Shown one piece after another: positions 28,708-37,665 of a stretch of 64,000 bases of DNA. Source of the DNA: Myxococcales bacterium (GTDB taxonomy: Bacteria > Myxococcota_A > Polyangia > Fen-1088); assembly GCA_031398585.1 (NCBI GenBank), contig JANNNO010000415.1, positions 1,430-65,429 on the forward strand. Reading direction: 5' to 3'. The position numbers and the translations under genes are program-made. Every line of letters starts with the position of its first letter. The stretch's first letter is position 1. The notes beneath the pieces are model-generated. The model searched no databases, was not told the DNA's origin, and was given only the letters and a program-made list of their open reading frames with translations.

Positions 28708-29205
28708 TCAGCGAGCACGGCTTGGGTCGGCGGGCGGCGGGGCCGCGACCGCAGCTTCGTGTCGGGCGGCAGCTTCGCGACGTTCAATCGCCAGCCGAAT
28801 CGGCGGGAACAGCGGCAGGGTTTTCGCCTCGGCGGGAGTCACGAAGGCGGCGTGGATCACCTCGCGGTTGTCGACCGTGATGATCGGCAGGGCCGCAAGC
28901 TCGAGCGAGAAGATCTCGACATGGTCCTTCTTGCCGTACCAGTCGTGAGTCAGATCGATCACCGGGACGAGCTGGTCTGCGTGCGCCTCGATGCCGACCT
29001 CTTCGCGAAGCTCTCTGACCGCGGCATCCCGCGCGGCCTCGCCTTTGCGAACCGCGCCGCCAGGGAGCGAGCGAAACGGCACGTAGCTGTTCTGCACGAG
29101 CAGCAGACGTCCTTCGTGCCAGAGCACCACCAGCGCGCCGTGACTCTGCGGGTGCGCGATCTCCCAGTACACGTTCAAGACTTGATAGGCGCACCGGTAC
29201 GCCAT
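28708..29205 (-). CDS. NUDIX hydrolase
   Basis: Track ORF 28708-29859 trimmed to ATG 29205 (MAYRCAYQ...). Nudix box GGAVRKGEAARDAAVRELREEVG. Confidence 0.85.
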   Translation of the reverse strand: MAYRCAYQVLNVYWEIAHPQSHGALVVLWHEGRLLLVQNSYVPFRSLPGGAVRKGEAARDAAVRELREEVGIEAHADQLVPVIDLTHDWYGKKDHVEIFSLELAALPIITVDNREVIHAAFVTPAEAKTLPLFPPIRLAIERREAAARHEAAVAAPPPADPSRAR

Positions 29206-29353
29206 TCGATAGAGCCGATCGAGCCCCGCTGAAAGCTGGCGCCGCACGCGCGCGAGAATTGGCGGACGACTGCAGCTTGGCAAGCAAAAGGTTCGCACGC
29301 GGTGATCCCAGGGACGCGGGCGCGAGAGAAAGGTCGCGGCCAGACCTGAATGC

Positions 29354-31084
29354 TCAGCGCGAGGCGGTCCCACCGCCGGCGCGGCGCAGGCCGACGGTAG
29401 GACCGCTCTTGCTGGCGGCCAACGCGCGCCCGAGATCGGCGGCCGCCTCTGCTCCCACCACCTTGGCGAAGGACGCGACGATGTCGTCCCAGGTCGAAGG
29501 ACGGCCGGCGCGGTCGCGAAGGAATGCCGCCAGCGCCTCGGTGATCGCCTTGCGCCCGTAGCGATCCTCGAGCTCACAGAGCAACAGCGCCGGCCGATCG
29601 TAGGCGTAGGCGCGACGGACAATCCACGGCTCGGTCTTGGGCGGGCGACGGGGCGAATAATTCGGATCTGCGGGTGCCGCCTCCCAGTCGCGGCGCCAGG
29701 TGGCGAGGCGGCTGCGGCGCTCGGACGCTGACACCGCCCAACTCTCGAGGTAGCGCGCGATCCCTTCTGGCCAGAAGTCGTCGACCGCAGCCGGCACTGC
29801 GCCGGGGAAGAAGCCGTGCGACACCTCGTGCGTGACGAAGGCGACGTCGTCGGCAACATGAGTGCCGAGCGTGATGTTCGATAGCGCGCCGTAACCGCCC
29901 TGCCCCTTGCTGAAATCGGTGATGGTCACGCGCAGCTCCGGCAGCGGGTAGCGGCCAAGCGGCGCCAGCGCCTCCATCGCATGCGTGACGGTATTTTGCA
30001 GTTTCGCCAGGCGTCCCTCGTCGGCAGCGCCGAGCTCGACCTTGGTGCCGAGCATCTCGAAGCTGCGGACCTTGAAGTCCCGTCCGCCGTAGATGGTGAA
30101 GTCCGCGCCCTTGTGCATCCAACGAGTCGCCTCGAGCCCGGAGTCGAGCGCCTCCCGCGAGAGGCGGCGCCCCTGCCCGAATACCGTGAAGTCGGGCGGG
30201 ACCTTGACCACGATGTCGTGCTCCACGACCTGCGCGTCGCCGATGCCGGGCAACCAGTTCGACTCGGGTCGCAAGATGAACTCGTCAGCGCGGATGTGAT
30301 CCATCTGGCTGGCAAACGGCGCTCGCCCGCCCCACTGGATGCGCAACGCGATCTCGGGCCCCGGCTTCACCGGCGCCACCACGAGCAGCGATTGTCCGAC
30401 CTCGCGAAAGCGGCACGGCATCCCGTCCTGGGTGACGCCTTCGATGCCCCAGCGGGTCTTGCCCTCACCCGTGCGCATCTGCAGACCGATCACCGGCTCA
30501 CTGGCCGACTTCACACCGATCACGAGATCACCCTCGAACGAGCGCTCGGCGCTGGGATCGATGGTCACTGCCCCCGTCTTGCTGACGATCGAGCCGGGCA
30601 GAACGCGTTCCCAGTCCAGCTCCCAATCGATGAGCGCAATCCGCCGCTCTTTCCACGTCACCAGAGCCGAGGCGTGCGAGTACGCCGTGTTTCCACCGTC
30701 GTGAACCGCGATCAGGCCAAGAAAGAGCGCCAGCTGCTCGCCGCGCATGAAATAGGGCTGCTGCTCGATCACGACCTGCTTGAGGTTCTTGCGCCCCATC
30801 TCGCTGCACCAGGTTTCGATCTTGGCCTGCTCGTCACCAAAGACCTTCGGCAGCGACACGCACGCGCCCGACTCGATCTGATGCTCGAGCTTTCGCAACA
30901 AGGCATCGAGCTCTGCCTGCCGCGACAGCGGGATCTCCAGAGGATCGCGTTCCACCGCAGGCCGGGTGGGCACCGCCGGCGGGACGGTTGCGCACGCCGC
31001 ACATCCCATCGCGGCGATCGCCAGCAACCATGCCGCCCGACCTCGCCCCGTCTGCCGTCCCCTCTGCGCGCGCATGTCCCGCAT
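29354..31084 (-). CDS. Lipoprotein, gluzincin (M1-like) zinc metallopeptidase
   Basis: Signal/lipobox ...AWLLAIAAMGCAAC. HEVSH (HExxH) is followed 17 residues later by the Glu in WPEGIARYLE, resembling the M1 WLNEGFA block. Confidence 0.7.
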   Translation of the reverse strand: MRDMRAQRGRQTGRGRAAWLLAIAAMGCAACATVPPAVPTRPAVERDPLEIPLSRQAELDALLRKLEHQIESGACVSLPKVFGDEQAKIETWCSEMGRKNLKQVVIEQQPYFMRGEQLALFLGLIAVHDGGNTAYSHASALVTWKERRIALIDWELDWERVLPGSIVSKTGAVTIDPSAERSFEGDLVIGVKSASEPVIGLQMRTGEGKTRWGIEGVTQDGMPCRFREVGQSLLVVAPVKPGPEIALRIQWGGRAPFASQMDHIRADEFILRPESNWLPGIGDAQVVEHDIVVKVPPDFTVFGQGRRLSREALDSGLEATRWMHKGADFTIYGGRDFKVRSFEMLGTKVELGAADEGRLAKLQNTVTHAMEALAPLGRYPLPELRVTITDFSKGQGGYGALSNITLGTHVADDVAFVTHEVSHGFFPGAVPAAVDDFWPEGIARYLESWAVSASERRSRLATWRRDWEAAPADPNYSPRRPPKTEPWIVRRAYAYDRPALLLCELEDRYGRKAITEALAAFLRDRAGRPSTWDDIVASFAKVVGAEAAADLGRALAASKSGPTVGLRRAGGGTASR

Positions 31085-31144
31085 GTATAGCGCAAAGGCG
31101 CCTCAACGCTGCGGAGCAGAAAAACACCTTGCTGGTCTGTCCGC

Positions 31145-33424
31145 GTGAGGGCCGCCGACCGACTGGTGTCCATAGGCGCCGCGACCAGATTTCCTCGAGC
31201 GCGCCAACGTCGGTTGTATCCCTACCCGGGGGTCGCTCGTAGCCATGAGTGGGCGATTGCCGCCGGAGGGACGAGATGGACCAGACCGATCGCAGCGCAA
31301 CGGGTACGGCGCAGCATCCTGAGATCGGTCGGGGTGTTGCAGGCGCGCTATCGCGTGCAGGGTTTCATCGGCCAAGGCGCCATGGGACGAGTCTTCTGGG
31401 GGGAACGCCTTGGCCTCGGGCGCAAGGTCGCGATCAAGCTGCTTCGGGCGCCCGTCGGCGATCCGACGTTCTTGCAACGGTTCGAGCTCGAAGCGCAGGT
31501 GATGGGCCGCCTGGCGCACCCGAATTGCGTATCGGTCATCGACGTGGGCATCGATCGCGAGCCATTCCTGGTGATGGACTTCGTCGACGGATCGACGCTG
31601 CGTGATCTGCTGTCGGGTGGTCACTTCGATCCTGCGCGGGCGATCGGGATCGTGGGCCAGATCCTGGCTGGTCTCGCACACGCGCACGACAACGGCATCG
31701 TCCATCGGGACATCAAACCCGAGAACGTAATCGTGGCCACCGCCACCGGTCTCGCGGGTGAACAGGTCCGCCTGGTCGACTTCGGCGTCGCTGCGCTGGT
31801 CGGGCGAAAGATCGACCCCACCGCGGGCATGACTGTCGGATCGCCGTCGTACATGCCGCCTGAGCAGTTCAGCGCAGCGCCTCTCGATGTGCGCGCGGAC
31901 ATCTACTCCGTAGGGATCTTGCTCTACGAACTGCTGACTGGATGCAAACCGTTCGAAGGCGACAGCTTGCCCGCGACTCTGCTGGCGCAAAAGGAGATGC
32001 CGCCTCCGCCGTTCGAGGCCAAGGCACCAGGGCTCCGGCTCTCCAGTGAACTCGAGGCCGTGGTGAGACGCGCGCTCGCCAAGTCGCCGCAGGAGCGTTT
32101 CGGCTCGGCGATCGAGATGAAGGTGGCTCTCGACGAAGTGCCGGAGATGCTGCCGGCGTTCGCCGCCGAAGATCTCAGCTGGGTGACCCTGATCGAGGAG
32201 CCCGGCGATGGGGAGGGGAGCGACGGACGCCATGACGATCGACGAGTCGATGCTGACGTGGAGGAGATGCTCGACGCGACAGAGATCGCGGTCTGGGCGC
32301 CGGCCGCCGAAGACATGAACGGTCACGTCGCCGGAGACGTTGGCGATGCCTGGTTCCACGAGGAGGTTCCCGCCACCTCGTGGCGCCCTGACCGATGGCA
32401 GTGGCGTCGTGGCATCGCGAAACGCGTCCTGCCACCGCTGCAGCGGGTCCGCGGACGCGTGGTCGCTTGCGGGCCGACGGTCATGCGGGCGGTGGGGACG
32501 CTCGGGGTCCTTGTCCGGGGTGCTGCGGCTGGTACGCGCGCCATGCAACGGCAGCTGCGCCCCTACGGCGACATCTTCCTCTCGTTCCTCCGTCGTCAGG
32601 CCGCGAAGCTGCCTGGACGCATGCGCTGTCTGGCAGCATTCGCGCGCAGCCTGGAAACAGGGCGACGCACGAAGGCGGTATTTGCCAGCGCGAGCCGATC
32701 CCTGCGTGCGGGCGTCGTGCTCGGGCGATGCCGGGCGAAGGACTTGCTCACGCGAGCGTCGGCGACATGGAGGGCCCTGCCCCTCCACATCCGGCAGGCC
32801 GCCGGGGCGGCCACGGCGGGGTTGATCGTGGCCTTTCTCTTGGTGATGACTTTCCGCCCGACGAGCGAAGGTCCCGCTGGACCCGCGGTCGAGCGTCCGA
32901 TCGAGCGTCCGATCGACGTGACGTCGGGCGAGGCGGCCGCTCCGTCTGTCGATCAAGCCGGGTTAGAGGCGCCGCCAAAAGGGCCGCTCTTCGCTTCGAC
33001 CACACCGATTGCCGCTGACGCCGGTCGAGGCTCATCCACCTCCGCGGATCTGACCGATCGCCAGCTCTGGCAGCGCCTTCACGCCGAGCTCGAACGTCGC
33101 CCCCACGACGCACGCGTCCCGCTGGCGCTCGCTCGTCATTCTCTTGCGCGGCAGCGCTATGCGGAGAGCGTCGCGTACTTCCGGCGCGCGATGCGGGTGC
33201 AACCAGGCCTGCGGCAGGATCGCGAAGTGATCGATGACGTCATCGCCACACTCCAGAGCCGCCGTGCTGCCTCGGACGCCGAATCGCTCTTGCACGAGCT
33301 AGGCGCCCCGGCCCAGCAGCAGCTGCGTCTAGCCGCCCGCGGACACGAGCATCCCCGAGTCCGCCAGCGCGCCCGCGCTCTCGTCACCAGTACCGGCAAG
33401 CGACCGTTTTTGCGTTGGCTCTGA
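31145..33424 (+). CDS. Eukaryote-like Ser/Thr protein kinase with a TM segment and C-terminal extracytoplasmic region
   Basis: GQGAMGRV (Gly loop), VAIKLL, HRDIKPENV, DFGVA, SPSYMPPEQ. TM helix AATAGLIVAFLLVMTF about residue 560. The true start may be the in-frame GTG at 31334, because no ATG lies between 31145 and the Gly loop. Confidence 0.88.
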   Translation: MRAADRLVSIGAATRFPRARQRRLYPYPGVARSHEWAIAAGGTRWTRPIAAQRVRRSILRSVGVLQARYRVQGFIGQGAMGRVFWGERLGLGRKVAIKLLRAPVGDPTFLQRFELEAQVMGRLAHPNCVSVIDVGIDREPFLVMDFVDGSTLRDLLSGGHFDPARAIGIVGQILAGLAHAHDNGIVHRDIKPENVIVATATGLAGEQVRLVDFGVAALVGRKIDPTAGMTVGSPSYMPPEQFSAAPLDVRADIYSVGILLYELLTGCKPFEGDSLPATLLAQKEMPPPPFEAKAPGLRLSSELEAVVRRALAKSPQERFGSAIEMKVALDEVPEMLPAFAAEDLSWVTLIEEPGDGEGSDGRHDDRRVDADVEEMLDATEIAVWAPAAEDMNGHVAGDVGDAWFHEEVPATSWRPDRWQWRRGIAKRVLPPLQRVRGRVVACGPTVMRAVGTLGVLVRGAAAGTRAMQRQLRPYGDIFLSFLRRQAAKLPGRMRCLAAFARSLETGRRTKAVFASASRSLRAGVVLGRCRAKDLLTRASATWRALPLHIRQAAGAATAGLIVAFLLVMTFRPTSEGPAGPAVERPIERPIDVTSGEAAAPSVDQAGLEAPPKGPLFASTTPIAADAGRGSSTSADLTDRQLWQRLHAELERRPHDARVPLALARHSLARQRYAESVAYFRRAMRVQPGLRQDREVIDDVIATLQSRRAASDAESLLHELGAPAQQQLRLAARGHEHPRVRQRARALVTSTGKRPFLRWL

Positions 33425-33438
33425 TCGACACGTCGGGA

Positions 33439-33840
33439 TCACGCGACCTCCTTGCTGTAGGTCATCACCAGGTACATCACGACCCGATCCTCGCCGACGT
33501 TGCGGTACCAGTGCGGCACGTCGGCACCGAACAGGATCGCGTCGCCGGCCTCAAGCCGCTGTGCCACACCGTCGACGCCGATCTCGACAGTGCCGGCGGT
33601 GACCACGATGTTCTCGCTGGTTCCGGGCGGGTGCGGATCGGCCTGTTCCTCGCCTCCCGGGCCAAGCTCCAGTTGATAGAACTCGACAGGGCGGGGCTCG
33701 TCGATGGGAAAGAGGGCCCGCGAGACGAAGGCGTTGTCACGGCTCGACAACCATTTGGCATCGCGGCTGCGGAGCACCCGAGGCGAGGCCTGGCCCTTGG
33801 TCGTGATGCGTAGGCGCCCCGGGGGGGCGGTCGGGCGCAC
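33439..33840 (-). CDS. Cupin-domain protein
   Basis: 133-aa ORF. ...HPPGTSENIVVTAGTVEIGVDGVAQRLEAGDAILFGADVPHWYRNVGEDRVVMYLV is a Cupin_2-type pattern. The start is uncertain. Confidence 0.65.
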   Translation of the reverse strand: MRPTAPPGRLRITTKGQASPRVLRSRDAKWLSSRDNAFVSRALFPIDEPRPVEFYQLELGPGGEEQADPHPPGTSENIVVTAGTVEIGVDGVAQRLEAGDAILFGADVPHWYRNVGEDRVVMYLVMTYSKEVA

Positions 33841-33910
33841 GCTCTCTTCTGACGTGGCGTAGCTCCCCGATCCACCTCGCCAACGCCATTTCGGTCTATG
33901 ATTTCTAGAC

Positions 33911-34723
33911 GTGTCAACCCATCTACCGGAGACAAAAGGCGAGGTCTTTCACTTCACCACTCCAGATGCGCTTTTCGGGATTCTCACCTCTCAACGGCTT
34001 TGGGCCTCGAGTACAACCGCTCTCGAGGATGCGCAGGAACTTCGCCACTGCCTTGGGCTGGCGCGGAGATATTGTCGCGACTCCGCCGACCCGCGAGTCC
34101 CCACTCTGAAAAAGCAGGTCATGGACGGCCTGGCTGATCGGCTCGGAAATCCTGAAGTGGAACTCCGTGAGTCCTTCATTGTGTCCTTCTGCTCATCGCA
34201 GAAGGAAAGCCAACACTGGACACATTTTGGGCGAAGTGGACGCGGCTTCGCTGTCGGATTTCGTGGAGCCGTCCTGGGCCGAAATCCTCAGTCACAATTC
34301 GGACCAGTCGTTTACAGCCCGAAGGAGCAAGCGCAAGAAATAGAAGAATCGCTGAAAGCCGCATTGACAGAGAAGACGGCAGAATCAGCGATCAACCTGT
34401 TTCTCGAGAAGCTCGCTTCTCTGGCACCGCGGATGAAGGGTCAGAACTTCAGCGCCGAAGGAGAGTCGCGTCTCATCTGGGTGGACGGGAATGGTACCCA
34501 TGGCATCTCGAAGCTCCGTGCCAGATCGCTCGGCGAGCGAATAGTTCCCTTCCGAGAGATCTCACCTGAACATTTTGGCGAAGCGCGACTGCCGATTTCA
34601 TCAATCACGATGGGTTGCAAGATTGATAGTTCACTAACCCGATCGATCAAGAACATGTTGAGGGAAGAGGGATACGGAGAAGACGAAGTCGCGATCTCTA
34701 AATCGACTCTGCGTTTCCGATAG
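33911..34723 (+). CDS. DUF2971-like protein encoded in a low-GC islet
   Basis: 270-aa ORF with a GTG start. The blocks VFHFTTPDALFGILTSQRLWASS..LEDAQE and FIVSFCSSQKESQHWTHFGRSGRGFAVGF match my recollection of the DUF2971 (PF11185) conserved blocks. Composition is 45-50% G+C in three hand-counted 60-nt lines. Confidence 0.7.
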   Translation: MSTHLPETKGEVFHFTTPDALFGILTSQRLWASSTTALEDAQELRHCLGLARRYCRDSADPRVPTLKKQVMDGLADRLGNPEVELRESFIVSFCSSQKESQHWTHFGRSGRGFAVGFRGAVLGRNPQSQFGPVVYSPKEQAQEIEESLKAALTEKTAESAINLFLEKLASLAPRMKGQNFSAEGESRLIWVDGNGTHGISKLRARSLGERIVPFREISPEHFGEARLPISSITMGCKIDSSLTRSIKNMLREEGYGEDEVAISKSTLRFR

Positions 34724-34986
34724 ACCGTTCTGGCCACGATGCAGCCCTTCCGCTGAAGGGTGACCGTGCCTTGGCCGTCGAGCTTTCCCGCGTCTGCGAC
34801 GAACTTCCATCCCGACCCTGCAGGGCAGAGGGCCACGCCGGTTCGGCGACGTTGGCGGCGACTTGATTGGGGCGACGTTGCTCCGCACCGTCACTGCCCT
34901 TCAGGCCACCTATCGAGAGTTCACTAAGATCACGGTCAGATGCTGGACACGGGGTGCGGCGGCCCTCCGCGGCCCGGCTGTCTCGA

Positions 34987-36831
34987 TCAAGATCCGCGGG
35001 CCGGGCGCTTTCGTCGGGCCGCCAGACCGATCAACAGGGACGCCAGCGCGATGAAGAGCAATGACGGCGATCCGCGAAGCATCGGCTCCGGCGCCATCTG
35101 GCAGCCGCTCGACGAGGGTTTCGCGGCCGGCGCCGGTGGCGTCAAAGGCAGACCGGGCAGCGTGCCGCCGCCGGAAGAACCGCCGCTGCCGGCCCCACCG
35201 CTGCCGTTGCTGCTGCCACCGTTACCACCACTCGAGTTGCCGCCGCCGTTCCCGGTCTGAGCATCGATCGGTCCCGCGCCCGGTCGCCCAGCACCGGCAT
35301 CGCCGACACCCGCATCCCCCGCCGTCGCGCCACCATCGGAGCCCCCCGGAGTCGGCATCCCCGGGGGCGTCGGCTGCGCCGCGGGTGCCACGCAGCGGAC
35401 GCTCGCCGTGGGTGCGTGCTCGGTCTTGCCGTCGCTACAGATCGCCTTGCCGGCGCGGCCCGCCGCCGGCTGCCCGCCGATCTCGACCTCGATCACCGCC
35501 TTGCTCGCGTCGGCTGATACGACCTTGAACTTGGGACCACCCGGCAGGGTGTCCTCGTAGAGTTTGCCGACCGGCAACGCCTCGTCGCCCGTGCGGTTCG
35601 TCTCGGGCGTCATGTCGAGCAGCCAGTTGTTGTTGCCGGCGAAACGCGCCTCGCGCACGTCATTGGCCACCGTCACCAAAACCCGGGGACTGAGGCGAGC
35701 GTCTCGTCCAATGGGCGCGCGCAGCTCGAGGTAGTAGCTGGTGAGGCGTCCCGCGCCGCCGAACGACCGCCCTTGCGGAAAGGGGATCTGCAGCAGCTGC
35801 GGCCCATCGCACGAGCTCTCGAGCGGATAGATCGTGTACGAGCCGCTCTCGGCGACCTTGATGACGTTGCAGCCGCCGATCCAGTCCTGATAGGCCTTCT
35901 GGATCCCGTTCATGTGAAAGCACTGCCCGCCGCCCATTGGATCGAAGGGATTGCCATATTCCTGATGCTGGCAGTCGGCGCCCGCCTGGTCGGGCCACGC
36001 GATCGGAACCGGCTGTCCGTTCACCGCACAACGCATGGCCGACGAGTGCACCATGCCGAAGTTGTGCCCGGGCTCTTGCACCAGCACCGTGCAGCTGTGA
36101 AACGAGTTGTACCAGCTGTGGCGCGTGGGCCGGTCCGCACGTCCCAGCTCCGCGATGCCGGCCCAGTTGCAGGCCGCCTGCTGCGTGCCGAAGAACCAAA
36201 GGTACTGGTCGAACCGCCCCGGGATCTTCGAGACCAGCGTCTGCGCGACGCGATCGGTGTCGCAACGCCCGCCCATCTGGTACGGGATCGGCCCAAACAC
36301 CTCGCCCTCGAGATCTTGGATCCCGTGCGAGACCTCGCGAAAGTAGGAACGAATCGAATCGGTGCGATCGGCGCCGAACAGCACGGACTGCGCGACGGTC
36401 TTGTCGATCGGGTTGCCACCGCCGTCGATATCCAGCAACACGAAGGCCCACTTTCGCGTCGGCTTGGCGGGGCCCCCGATCAACGCCGAGGCTCCCGCCT
36501 CGAAGGAGCTCGTGCCGTCGGCGGCATGCGCAGCATCTCGATCGATCTCGAACCTCGAGACCCGGATGGCTTCGCCCACTTCGCGGCCCCAAACCCTCAG
36601 CGCGGTCCCGGGCGGAATGTCGATCGGCTCAGCGAAGAGCAGACCGCGTAGCCGACCGTCCGGCGTGCGCAAGCGGTGCTCGATCTCGGTCCGCGCTCCC
36701 CGGTTGACGACGTAGCTGGCAAGCTCACCGCGGAAGGACGCCGCCGATGACGACAGCGTCGTTTCGGTTCCGGTGCAGGAGGACGACGCCGTCCCCATGA
36801 CGAACACAACGATCAGGACGTACGGCGCCAT
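34987..36831 (-). CDS. Lipoprotein with a reprolysin/metzincin-like domain (variant zinc motif QEPGHNFGMVH), Gly-rich region and MYXO-CTERM-type tail
   Basis: ATG 36831 gives the lipobox MAPYVLIVVFVMGTASSSC; GTG 36852 is also possible. The motif is at 36046-36078. The C-terminus is a Gly/Ser/Ala-rich tract followed by SSSGCQMAPEP...LLFIALASLLIGLAARRKRP. Confidence 0.8.
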   Translation of the reverse strand: MAPYVLIVVFVMGTASSSCTGTETTLSSSAASFRGELASYVVNRGARTEIEHRLRTPDGRLRGLLFAEPIDIPPGTALRVWGREVGEAIRVSRFEIDRDAAHAADGTSSFEAGASALIGGPAKPTRKWAFVLLDIDGGGNPIDKTVAQSVLFGADRTDSIRSYFREVSHGIQDLEGEVFGPIPYQMGGRCDTDRVAQTLVSKIPGRFDQYLWFFGTQQAACNWAGIAELGRADRPTRHSWYNSFHSCTVLVQEPGHNFGMVHSSAMRCAVNGQPVPIAWPDQAGADCQHQEYGNPFDPMGGGQCFHMNGIQKAYQDWIGGCNVIKVAESGSYTIYPLESSCDGPQLLQIPFPQGRSFGGAGRLTSYYLELRAPIGRDARLSPRVLVTVANDVREARFAGNNNWLLDMTPETNRTGDEALPVGKLYEDTLPGGPKFKVVSADASKAVIEVEIGGQPAAGRAGKAICSDGKTEHAPTASVRCVAPAAQPTPPGMPTPGGSDGGATAGDAGVGDAGAGRPGAGPIDAQTGNGGGNSSGGNGGSSNGSGGAGSGGSSGGGTLPGLPLTPPAPAAKPSSSGCQMAPEPMLRGSPSLLFIALASLLIGLAARRKRPARGS

Positions 36832-36957
36832 TGTCGTCGAGGTCAGCGTCACGGCGGAGCCAGCCTAGCGGACCTCGACGCGATAGGAAGCGCGAAATCC
36901 CCAAAAGGGGTGTGCCGTTCGGCAGACGAAACGCCTACGAACGTTCGTGCGGCGCAG

Positions 36958-37644
36958 TCACTGCAGCGGGAAAGCGTCTTCGTCCGGCGGCGCTTCGGGC
37001 TTGCCCGACCGACCGCGCGCGGACGCTCCGCTCAGCTCGGACATGACCTTCGTGATCTCCGCGAGCCGCGCTTCGACGAGAGCAAAGTTCTTCGCCTCCG
37101 CCGATCCGGGCTTCAACTTCGGGCTCTGTGCCGGATGCTCCTTGCGCAGCTGCACCGCCATCGCTGTCAAGGGCACGATCAGGGTCACCAGCTCCAACTC
37201 GGCAGGGCGAAGGCCGATCTTTTCAACCAGCATCCTGATCTTCGGCTCTCGCCGCATACCCTCTTCGGTGCGCGCGCCGAGCCGTTCCTCACTGGCTCCC
37301 TCGTCGCCGTCTCCCCGGCGTTCCTTGCGCCGCTGTTCCTTCAAGCGAAGGGCGAGGGCCGGATCGGAGGCCGCGAGCTTCTGCACGCCGCGCATGAAGG
37401 CCAACCACTGATCGATGGTCTTGCCGGTGAGCAAGTAGTTGTCTGGCGACAACTCAGGTCCGGCGAGCGCAGGCGGGCAGAGGGGTACCAGGGCGGTGAA
37501 CCCCGGTGCGATGAGAAAAATCCGGAGCACGGCTCTACGGGAGGCGCCGTTGCTGCGCACAGAGGCGCCGCTGCGGGCGAAGTCCGTCGATGATGGCTTC
37601 AAGGGTGAGACTCCTGCTGAGGTGAGCGACAACTGGCTGGGCAA
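36958..37644 (-). CDS. Hypothetical (probably secreted) protein
   Basis: 228-aa ORF; the opposite-strand alternative is Arg-rich junk. Hydrophobic N-terminal segment VLRIFLIAPGFTALVPLCPPALA. I recognised no family motif, and the start is uncertain. Confidence 0.4.
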   Translation of the reverse strand: MPSQLSLTSAGVSPLKPSSTDFARSGASVRSNGASRRAVLRIFLIAPGFTALVPLCPPALAGPELSPDNYLLTGKTIDQWLAFMRGVQKLAASDPALALRLKEQRRKERRGDGDEGASEERLGARTEEGMRREPKIRMLVEKIGLRPAELELVTLIVPLTAMAVQLRKEHPAQSPKLKPGSAEAKNFALVEARLAEITKVMSELSGASARGRSGKPEAPPDEDAFPLQ

Positions 37645-37665
37645 TCCAACTCGCGGAACGCTCCC

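Noticed and set aside
28708-29859. 383-aa track ORF containing the Nudix gene, and the 628-aa track ORF 55193-57079 containing the esterase
   Set aside because: The upstream extensions are Arg/Pro/Ser-rich and overlap neighbouring genes. I trimmed them to internal ATGs (29205 and 56491) that give a sensible N-terminus and a lipobox.
33439-34990. Idea that the low-GC islet inserted into and truncated an XRE-cupin regulator (the cupin ORF lacks an HTH)
   Set aside because: I translated all three minus-strand frames of 34724-34986, on the far side of the islet, and found no HTH-like sequence or continuation of the cupin frame. There are no target-site duplications. The cupin protein may simply be a stand-alone protein.
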